From: Phyllobates terribilis | Taxonomy: Eukaryota | Reading direction: 5' to 3' | Assembly: GCF_046119375.1 (NCBI RefSeq) | Contig: NW_027362769.1 | Location: 374,790,001-374,854,000, forward strand | Length of the DNA: 64,000 nt | Shown here: positions 33,840-44,500 of the stretch, in pieces | Layout of the letters: the number at the start of each line of letters is the position of its first letter | How positions within the stretch are numbered: position 1 is the stretch's first letter | Translations under genes and position numbers: made by a program | Notes under the pieces: model-generated | The model's database searches: none | What the model was told of the DNA's origin: nothing | What the model saw: the letters and a program-made list of their open reading frames with translations, nothing else

Positions 33840-36800
33840 TAGATGGTGGCCCGATTCTAACGCATCGGGTATTCTAGAATATGTATGCGGCCGACTGGGC
33901 GCGACTAATCAGCGAAGCAGTGTTTAAATGGGTTGTGTACTACTTTAAATTAACCCCCCAATGTATCCCCCCGGGGCCCCTAATGAATTTTGTAATTACG
34001 TCAGGTTGTCAATACTGCTTGTGACAACATCGCTGACCACGCACAGCCAGCACGTAATTCCCCCGGCTCTTGCTTCCGCTTACATCACGACTATTTGTGG
34101 CTGCAGCCAGGGGTCTCCTGTTCCGCGTACCACGGTGAATGACGGGCTGTGGGCGGGGTTATCCCCCATCGTGTCACACCCAGCATCCACCGCGCGCTAT
34201 GTCAATGAATGCGCGTGCAATCAGCGAACCGTGTTAGTGAGGACCGGGGAGCGGCGCTGCCTGTGCGGGTACTTCCGCTGCGAGCAGCCGGGAGATGACC
34301 GGCTAGCGCCGGTCATCTCCCGGCTGCATCGCCGCTGACCTCCATGCGGCTACCGTCGGGAGATCAGCGGCTAGGTTCGCTGATCTCCCGACGGCAAGTG
34401 TGAAGGGAGGACCGGGGAGCGGTGCCGCCTAGGCCGCCGGTCGGGGTACTTCTGCTGCAAGCTGGTCATCTCCCGGCTGCATCGCCGCTGACCTCCGTGC
34501 GGCAGATGAGCCGCTAACGGCCGCCATCTTGTTCTGAAATCCGGCGTCGCTGATTGGCCGCGGCTGGACCAATCAGCGACGCTGGATTTCCTGGATGGAG
34601 ACAGACGGGATAAGCCGATTATATAGTAGATATATATATATATACACACACATATATACATACATAAACATACATACATTCACACAAACATAAAATGGAA
34701 AAGAAAAATCATACCCAAGATGTGGAAAAATCCTATCCAGAATTTATGGCTCGGTCACGTAAGTAAATTCTGGATAGGATTTTTCCCCATGTTGGGTATG
34801 ATTTTATAGAATTTAAAAAAAAAATCGTACCCAAAATGTGAAAGAATCCTATCCGGAAATTTTTTATTTTTTTTTCTTTCCGAAGAATGGGACTGTCCCA
34901 TGGGCGGATAATTATCTGTAATAAATATTCGGCATAGCAATGTGTTTACACCAGAGGTGGCTGAGTAATTCCCTAAAACGGCAATTACCATTGTGGACAT
35001 TATCTTTAACAGCCGTCCCGATGATTCATGGGCTAATTTCCTCTTCTTCCTTATAGACGTGCCGATCTTCAGGAAAAACAGGAGCAGCAGTCGCTTTATA
35101 GAGAGGCTGCGATTACTGGAGAGATTTTCCCAGGAGCTGCTGAAGACGGACAACAAAATCTCACAATGCAACGTGGTGACGACGTTCTTTACGCCCAAAG
35201 ACAGTGACCTAAACGCCACCTTCCCCGAAAACAGGTGTGTGCAGCCTGAGGACAACATATTCACATTTTAGGACATTTTAGGACGCATTCAGGACATTTT
35301 AAGCAGTCTTCGGAGCCACTTTTTTTTTTTTTTTTTTAGGTGGAGTTTGCACAATCCCCAACCTTTGTTATACAATGCACCAGATCGTCCTTGGAGTACC
35401 AGAACTGCTGGCAAATATGTTATTATACTTCATTTAGTGATCTAAAAGTTAGGAGACATGTTGCCCACTTTTTAAAATGACCAACAAAGAAATTCATAGT
35501 CGGGGGTCTCCTATTGAGGACCCTCATCTAGTAACTGGAATGCAGCAGCTACTGAGAGCATCTTTAACTATGGAGGACCTGATCTGTCCATGCATTGTGA
35601 TGACAGACTATTAAACACTGTGCAATACTTAATTTCTCCTGTAGTGGCCACTGTACAGAATTTTAACACTTGCTTCTTGATTCAGATTATGTGATCACAG
35701 TTGATCACTGTGATTTTTAACATATTGTGTGGGTTTTCTTAAAATAAAATTTAAGATTCAACAGCTTTAGAGGAGACCTATCACCAAGTCAAAAGTGGCC
35801 AGTTTTGCTTTTATTTCATTATCAAGGTTTTTTTGATTGTTAATTCCATACCATTCCAGAGATACAGCCCTTTTTTAATGCTTTTTTGGTCACACGGCAT
35901 TAATGCAGAGCAACCTAAAGCCACATCCCCAGAAAAATCCTATCAGCCACGCCCCTTTGGCAAAGAACATAAAAATTAGGACTAAATAAAATGGTCCATA
36001 GCTCTGGAACCGTATTGTACATTTTAAAAAGACAAAAAATGGAATATTCAGGGAGGCTAAAGGAATAAAATAAGACCAAACAACTGGCCATTTTTTGGCT
36101 TTGTGACAGATCCCCTTTAAGAGACAGAAGCTTCTGCACTAAGACTTGGAAATAAAATATAACTCGTTTTTCTGGTTACAGTGTAGTGATATTGCCATCA
36201 GAAGTAAGAGAAACTCAGAAAAGAGAAGAACCGAAACAACTACCACAACCACCAGCCTCCGCACCTATTGTATCCCAGATGTATGTGTGTATCGAAGACT
36301 ACGAAACCAAGGACACCAAGAACCGGCCCTTCAAAATCAAGCGCTGTGAGCAGCTGGGGGTATTGATCAAGGAAAACTCAGGTGAGACGTCACCAGGCCT
36401 TTATCGATAGATGCAAGTTATAGGAATGACATCATGGAAGTTGTAATAACGCCTATTTTACATTTTAGGGTGGTGGCTGGTGGAAAACGAAGAAAAACGA
36501 GTGGCCTGGTTTCCTGCTCCATTCCTTAAGGCGGTAGAAGAGAAAGAGGAGTCGGATTCGGGAACAGAATCAGATGACAAAGGTACGCTGTGCACCCGGT
36601 GTTGCATGTTCTACAGATGTATGCTTAAAAACAATGGGAACATTGGAAACTTCATTGCTATAGAAAAAGAAAAGAAAAAAAAAACCGGTGCAGGAATTGT
36701 TTCCACTACTAGGTGGCAGATTAGAATATTGTATCACTCTTGTGTGTTGCTCAATCGGCTCAAGAGCACAATATCTGGTCAGACAAAGTATTGCAAGCAA

Positions 36801-39800
36801 AAAATAATCCATTTTTTTTTTATAAAATATCATTATTTTTGGGAGAGGTGAGGAGACCGATACACTGCAATTGTGGCTGATCTCTGCTTTTAGAGGCAGA
36901 TGCAGGCGTAAGGAGTGTGGAGTAAGCTCAGCTCCTGATCTATGCCAGACATATAGTTCATGGAGAACGACAGGGTTAATAATTCCATAAACTATAACGT
37001 CCTGTACTCTTTTACTATCCAGGAGTCCGTTACTATTCAACTTCATCTTATGAAGCCATGAGCTGCGATGAATTGTCCATCTCCAGAGGAGTCGTAGTAG
37101 AAGTCAAGGAGAAGTCAAACAATGGATGGTGGCTAATAAGGTATGCAAATAGGATCGGTTTCTAGAAATAAATCCATTCAATGAGGATTCTACACTGCTC
37201 AAAAAAATAAAGGGAACAGTCAAGTAACACATCCTAGATCTGAATGAATGAAATTCTCATTGAATACTTTGTTCTGTACAAAGTTGAATGTGCTGACAAC
37301 AAAATCACACAAAAATCATCAATGGAAATCACATTTATTAACCATTGGAGGCCTGGATATGGAGTCACCCCCAAAATTAAAGTGGAAAAACACACTACAG
37401 TCTGATCCAACTTTGATGTAATGTCCTTAAAACAAGTCAAAATGAGGCTCAGTATTGTGTGTGGCCTCCACGTGCCTGTATGACCTCCCTACAACGCCTG
37501 GGCATGCTCCTGATGAGGCTGAGTATTGTGTGTGGCCTCCACGTGCCTGTATGACCTCCCTACAACGCCTGGGCATGCTCCTGGTGAGGCTGAGTATTGT
37601 GTGTGGCCTCCACGTGCCTGTATGACCTCCTTACGCCTGGGCATGCTCCTGGTGAGGCTGAGTATTGTGTGTGGCCTCCACGTGCCTGTATGACCTCCCT
37701 ACAACACCTGGGCATGCTCCTGATGAGGCTCAGTATTGTGTGTGGCCTCCACGTGCCTGTATGACCTCCTTACAACGCCTGGGCATGCTCCTGGTGAGGC
37801 TGAGTATTGTGTGTGGCCTCCACGTGCCTGTATGACCTCCTTACGCCTGGGCATGCTCCTGGTGAGGCTGAGTATTGTGTGTGGCCTCCACGTGCCTGTA
37901 TGACCTCCCTACAACACCTGGGCATGCTCCTGATGAGGCTCAGTATTGTGTGTGGCCTCCACGTGCCTGTATGACCTCCCTACAATGCCTGGGCATGCTC
38001 CTGATGAGGCTCAGTATTGTGTGTGGCCTCCACGTGCCTGTATGACCTCCCTACAACGCCTGGGCATGCTCCTGATGAGGCTCAGTATTGTGTGTGGCCT
38101 CCACGTGCCTGTATGACCTCCCTACACCGCCTGGGCATGCTCCTGATGAGGTTGCGGATGGTCTCCTGTGGGATCTCCTCCCAGACCTGGACTAAAGCAT
38201 CCGCCAACTCCTGGACAGTCTGTGGTGCAACGTGACGTTGGTGGATGGAGCGAGACATGATGTCCCAGATGTGCTCATTCGGATTCAGGTCTGGGGAACG
38301 GGCGGGCCAGTCCATAGCTTCAATGCCTTCATCTTGCAGGAACTGCTGACACACTCCAGCCACATGAGGTCTGGCATTGTCCAGCATTAGGAGCCCAGGG
38401 CCAACCGCACCAGCATATGGTCTCACAAGGGGTCTGAGGATCTCATCTCGGTACCTAATGGCAGTCAGGCTATCTCTGGTGAGCACATGGAGGGCTGTGC
38501 GGCCCTCCAAAGAAATGCCACCCCCACACCATTACTGACCCACTGCCAAACCGGTCATGCTGAAGGATGTTGCAGGCAGCAGATTGCTCTCCACGGCGTC
38601 TCCAGACTCTGTCACGTCTGTCACATGTGCTCAGTGTGAACCTGCTTTCATCTGTGAAGAGCACAGGGCGCCAGTGGCAACTTTGCCAATCCTGGTGTTC
38701 TCTGGTAAATGCCAAGCGTCCTGCACGGTGTTGGGCTGTGAGCACAACCCCCATCTGTGGACGTCGGACCCTCATGGAGTCGGTTTCTAACCGTTTGTGC
38801 AGACGCATGCACATTTGTGGCCTGCTGGAGGTCATTTTGCAGGGCTCTGGCAGTGCTCCTCCTGTTCCTCCTTGCACAAAGGCGGAGGTAGTGGTCCAGC
38901 TGCTGGGTTGTTTCCCTCATATGGCCCTCTCCACGTCTCCTGGTATCTGCTCCATGCTCTGGACACTGGGCTGACAGACACAGCTACCCTTCTTGCCACA
39001 GCTCGCATTGATGTGCCATCCTGGTTGAGCTGCACTACCTGAGCAACTTCTGTGGGTTGTACTGTAGACACCGCCTCATGCTACTGTACCTCTAGGGGTG
39101 AGAGCAATGGCAAAATGAAAAAGTGACCAAAACAACAGCCAAAAAGGATGAGAACAGAGAAATGGTGTGTGGTCACCACCTGCAGAACCGCTCCTTTATA
39201 GGGGGCATCTTGCTAATTGCCGATCATTTCTACCAGTTGTCTGTTCCATTTGCACAACAGCAGGAGAAATTGATTCACAATCAGTGTTGCTTCATAACTG
39301 GACAGGTAGATTTCACAGAAGTGTTATAGACTTGGAGTTATATTCTGTTGTTTAAGTGTCCCCTTTTTTTATGAGCAGTGTATATCTTAATATAGATTTA
39401 GTTGAAAAATGTAGAAACATTTATAGTTTTAAAAATGCCATGTAATACCTCCCTTCCCCTGTGGGGGAGCTGCAGGGAAAATAAAACTTGCTGTATCAGT
39501 ATAACTTTACCATATACTTGACATAATGGATCTCTAATCTCATCTTTATGAATAGGTATAATGGAAAAACTGGATATGTCCCAGCGATGTATTTGAAACC
39601 CTACCGAAATTGTCACCAGCTTGAGTCCATGATGAACCAAGGAGCCTTTTCTTCTATGGGAAACCTCTTCAAGGCCTCCAGCACCTTGGAGGTGAACAGA
39701 GCAGAGGAGTCATGGAGGAAATATGATAATCATCCTGACGCAGAAAATAAACTGGACAGACGAAAATCCAGGTCAATTAGCGGTTTCCCACTAAATACTC

Positions 39801-40174
39801 AATATGGATTTCAACAACCTCCTGTGAGAACATCACCGATGGGAAAAATCGGGGTGGAGACCCCAAGCTCGGAAACAGAAATGAAGCCTAAGGTTCGGAA
39901 GAACAGAAATCCACCTGCTGCTTCCGAGCAGCCAGCAATAGTCGTCCAAGAAGCCCCCATCCCCCGACCGAGGAAGATAAGTCAAGACGCACGGACTATG
40001 GGAAGTAATCCCAGCAGCCCTAAAGAAACTAGCGGCTCCCCCAACTCTCATCTTGTCTTTGACATTACCCCTCCGGTCCCTCAACGGCCCAAACATCATG
40101 AAATTCTTAACAATTGTACATTTGTAACGAGGACAGCTTTAAAGAAAAGGGAGGGCGTACTCCTGGACGGCTAA
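31211..40174 (+). CDS. NOXO1: NADPH oxidase organizer 1, tandem copy B, 482 aa (487 aa if the in-frame upstream ATG at 31196 is used)
   Basis: Exons 31211-31273 ([13 protein letters not shown]), 32441-32521, 33376-33451, 35057-35234, 36182-36381, 36469-36582, 37023-37140, 39556-40174. All GT-AG, total 1449 nt = 483 codons. Exons 2, 3, 4, 6, 7 are the same size as in copy A (81/76/178/114/118). [20 protein letters not shown]. Directly abuts TBL3 tail-to-tail. Confidence 0.94.
33780..33838. repeat. (TA)n microsatellite
   Basis: About 29 TA units, resuming after the Helitron at 34631. Confidence 0.95.
33839..34630 (-). mobile_element. Non-autonomous Helitron, family 1 copy 2 (short, 792 bp, array not expanded) in NOXO1-B intron 3
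   Basis: Reverse complements of the same termini as 21675-24257 (CTAGATGGTGGCCCGATTCTAACGCATCGGG ... ATTATATAGTAGA); inserted in a (TA)n tract. Confidence 0.85.
35771..36116. mobile_element. Kolobok/T2-type MITE in NOXO1-B intron 4
   Basis: Ends AGGAGACCTATCAC / GTGACAGATCCCCT|TTAA. Confidence 0.55.
37193..39380 (-). mobile_element. Full-span Tc1 transposon with frameshifted transposase in NOXO1-B intron 7
   Basis: TA TSDs; TIRs CACTGCTCAAAAAAATAAAGGGAACA; remnants [18 protein letters not shown] (HTH), [30 protein letters not shown]. Confidence 0.92.
37444..38150. repeat. 10 x 71/68-bp tandem array made from the Tc1 transposase 3' end
   Basis: Unit starts at 37444, 37515, 37586, 37654, 37725, 37796, 37864, 37935, 38006, 38077. 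Confidence 0.95.
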
Positions 40175-40335
40175 AGACAGTAAAATGTGTTTTTTTTAAA
40201 CTTTTAATTATATCTATATTTATTCTGTATATTTATTATTTCAGTAATTGGATCCATATTGGTGAAGTGGCACTGAGCAGATCGATATAGGGTTTAGTAT
40301 ACCTGGTAATTTACTTATATTATGTTCATTCTATG

Positions 40336-40390
40336 CTTAGGAGTCCAGTGGGCGGTCCCACTCAGTAGAACCGCCCACTGGACTCCTAAG
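40336..40390. other. Perfect 21-bp inverted repeat (MITE-derived hairpin) in the probable NOXO1-B 3' UTR
   Basis: CTTAGGAGTCCAGTGGGCGGT-13 nt-ACCGCCCACTGGACTCCTAAG; AATAAA at ~40411. Confidence 0.8.
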
Positions 40391-41511
40391 AACAAGTCAG
40401 AATTTGAATGAATAAAATAGAAGTTGAGTCTTTTCCTACTAAACTATATATTAGTCTGTTCAGCTCCTCTTCCTTTAGAATTTGTTGCCTGCAGATCAGA
40501 CACCATGATCAATATGATAAGGCCCCTTTAAAGGGATGATATTAAAAGATTTTTTATCTATTTTGTGAGTTGAGTGAAAGGGTTTGTGGGAAAAAAAAAA
40601 AAAAAAAAAGGGAGAGGTGCTGGACACCCACGTCCATACATCAGCATCTCCCCAAGGCAGACCAGACAGAAGAGAGAGGCGGCGGACAATCCCTTTAACG
40701 TTTAGCGCATACATTCACTATGATCTTTATCTGATAAATTGGTATATTTTGATGTTGCATTGTATCAATGAGAAATAAATACAAACCAAGTGTTGTAAAT
40801 CTCCATTATGTATCATCACAGCGGGATATTCAACGACTTCTGCCAGCTGCAGTACCATTCTTCTCCACTAGAGGTGCAAATTATCTTTCAACAGACACAT
40901 ATGCAACAGCGCCACCAAGGGTAATCAGCTTAGATCTCACTTGGGTTAAAAAAAAAAAAAAATGTATAACATACCACTTGTATACAACGCCATATAGTTT
41001 TTTGGTCCAATGTTGTATTTGGATTATTTTCTTAATATATATCTTTATGGTATAGACACAAAGTTGAATGACAAATTGCTTTCTGCCAGCAGTCACCACT
41101 AGGGGGAGCTCACTGTATACTGTTTTATTATGGAGTTCAATGAAAAAAAAACTGTATACCAATAGCTTCCTCTAGTGGTAGCTGCCCAAAATGGTGCTAC
41201 TATTCTAGTTACCAGTAATATGTTGGCAGTGTATAGTCACTTGATATTGCAAAGTGAGAGACCGGCAAAAAGAAAAGGTCTGTATTAAATATTCAAAATT
41301 GTGTGCCCCCCCCCGAAAACGTTCATAGGACGGGGCAGACAGAAGTTTTACCCCTAAAAAAAATTAAGAATTAAACCAATGAAATTGGAGCATGAAGCGT
41401 TTTTTTGGTAACTGGTCCACAATCCATCCAGGATGGCGGATATGACCCCAGCAGGTCCGGGGGGTTTTGGTTGACCCTATATGACTGTATGGTGAAAGTC
41501 TGGTCCTGGCT

Positions 41512-44500
41512 TCAAGCTTTGCCATTTTCTTGCATGGGAAGAGCAAGACTGGGCACCGGGATGGGCACGCCGTCCTTCTCCACTGGTAGATCGGTCAGTC
41601 TCATGTGCTGCCACATGAAGTCCACGAACATGGACGCCTGCAGTAACCTCCCCATCCTCTGCATGTGGCGCTCTGGAAGAAAACAGGGCAACGTCATGAG
41701 AGCGTGCAAGAGGCATTCCCTGTAACGCGTCTATGGTCGGCGTCCTCACCTGTGTAGGGGATGAGCGCCTCAATGCTGCCCCTGATGCCGCTGTACTGAA
41801 GCAGCTCCTCGGGCGGCTCGTGCCGCAGCAGGATGCTCAGCACGCACTGGGCTTCGTGACAGTTGCGTGAGTTGGTATTCCAGACGCTGCAGTATCTCAG
41901 GATGGACTCTGATGGGCAGACAAGGTCGTTATAGAATGATACATCTTAAAACAGCGCCACCCCCGTCTTCAGGTTGTGTGTGGTATTGCAGCCAAGCCCT
42001 AATCACTAATGGAACTAAGCTGCAATTCCAGACACAACCTATGGATGGGTGTGGAGCTGTTTGGGGGTTTCTCTACAGATCACTGCTGAGCTCTGGAGGT
42101 TTTAGTACAGAGATACTTTATGATCAGTCTATTCGAACAGGACTTTTCCAACTAGTAGGTTAAAGCAGAGGACCCCTTTAATATAGATGTGCATTTCTTT
42201 AAAGGAGTTCTCTAGAAATTGGTTACTGATGCTCGGCCATTTTATAAAGCACTGTGCCTAAGTGATCTGTGGCCACTGTAAGGGGAACACAGGCAATAAG
42301 ACCCCAAAACCAGCTCAGGTCCCTCAGACACAACATTTCCTGCATTTATCCCAATTACCTTTTTGGTCTTGTCGCAGCCTCAGAATATTTTTTTCCAGGT
42401 CGTCCTTCCCTTGTGGTTCTTGCAAGATGGCTGGAGGCAGAGCATAGGATGGAAGATAAAAACAGCCCAAACATATCCCCCCTCCTATTAGTACAGCTTA
42501 GCACAGAAGTAGCCTGTGCTGCAGTTTCTTAAAGGGCCAGCAAACTTAAATCAGCAGTGTACTAAGGAGTAGAGGCACACATCAACTGTATCTATGTATG
42601 TGAATGTATCTGTAGGTAAAGCACAATAAGATGAGATACAGGGGCTTCCCATTGTGCAGGAACCTCTAGCAAAGCTACAGCAACAAATCCTTGCTCAAAA
42701 GGGTGGCTAAAGGCAAAACTGTGCAACAAATCCAGTGCTGAATCAGAACAGTGTTCCTTCATTTTCTGATCAGTGGGGGTCCCAGACGTCTGACCCAGCT
42801 GATTATAAATTTATGGCATATCCTAGAATTAAGAAAAACTCCTTTAAAGGGGACCTGTCACTTGACATAAAAATGTCATTTTTTTACCTGATGTAAATGC
42901 CGCTGTTCTCCTGAATCCGGCGATGTTTTTCTTTTCTTCCTGCGCCTCTCCGTTCCTGAGATATGGCCTCCTCTTCCCTGCATGCAATTCTAGTCTTGTA
43001 ATTCAGTTGGGTGTGGCTCTACAGAAGCCAACGAAGGGGACCACGCCCACAAAGATGACCACACCCACAAAGACTAGATTTATAAACAGGAAAGATGGAG
43101 CCATATCTCAGGAATGGAAAAGCACAGGAACAAAAGAAAAACATCTCCGGATTCAGGAGAACAGCGGCATTTACACCAAGTAAAAAAAAAATACATATTT
43201 ATTGCAAGTGACAGGTCCCCTTTAAGGATTTTTTTCAGGAATATATATTGATGGCATATCCTCCGAACAGCATGTGGATGAGAGTCTGATGCCAAGGAAA
43301 TTCAACTACTCAACTCATTAATAAACACGTCATCCTTTACCCACTTTGAAGTGGTTAACAGAGAACAAAAGATAGCATTTAAAAACACACAAAAAAAAAA
43401 AAAAAAAAATGCGGGTTTAGTTCCATCTCATTTAAGCACCGGCATACCCTCAATGCTCAGAGGGTTAAAAATGGGCACTTTGCTACCCACCTTTGATGAC
43501 TCGGAGTACAGTATGAGGCTGGTCTAAGGAGATTGCTAGGCCCAAAGCCTTGAGGAACCGCTTCTCGTGTAGAAGGTTCGACAGTTCCTGTTGTCTTAGA
43601 AGCAAAAAAAAAAAAAAAAGTTAATTAGGATCTTGGCCATTAAGAGACCCGTATATGATAAGCAGGATCATTGTAAGACTCACTGCAAGATTTCATTCTC
43701 CTGCTTTGCCTCCTCTTCTGCCAACTCTACCTCCGTGACATCCTGCACAGAAACCAAAAATGTGTGACCATCTGACAGTTCAGTCGGCCGTAGAAGGAAA
43801 CACACTTTAAATGGGCGCAATATGGTAATTTGCATTACAGGTCCACTTAAAGCGTGTTCCAACAGTTCAGCAGGATGGGGCTTAGAAAGTCACATGATTT
43901 GATATATGAGGTCTCAGATGTCTGCTCACCTTCCACAGGACAATGCTGGAATCTGCAGATCCAGTCACCACGGCGCTGTCCAGTCGGTTCCTATGAAGCC
44001 CCCAGACTTTATCCTCGTGACCGTCCAATGTCTTAACGCACTCGTTGGTTTTTATGGTCCAGAGTTTCAGCAGACCATCGGAGCCACTGAATGTGATGAG
44101 AACCATGAAGGGTTAAAGGGTTATTCACCACCTTCATAGATGGGGTATGGTTGGATAGAACTTGTAAAGACGAGCAATTTTGCAATTTACTACTTGTTAA
44201 AATTTTCAGCCGTTCTTGAGAAATGAACACTTTTCTTTTGTTTACAGCTCGTTGCCTTGGAGACCGACCACCGCTGCTAGACAGCAGAACATGCTCAGTG
44301 CTCACAAGCTCTTTTCTATTGAGCTTCTCAGCACTGTTTTGAAACAGGCCAGGATCGCTGGACCATGCTTTTACTTCCTAATCCTGGCCAACTTGAGCAC
44401 AGTGCTTACAAGCTTAGACAGCAGTGGTGGTCGATCTCCTAGGCAACCATGCTGTAAAACAAAAGAAAAAAAGTGATAATATCTCAAGAACGGTTGCAAA

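Noticed and set aside
37444-38150. CRISPR-like appearance of regular repeats (also the 50-, 43- and 67-bp arrays)
   Set aside because: No unique spacers, no cas genes, and a vertebrate context; these are head-to-tail tandem repeats.
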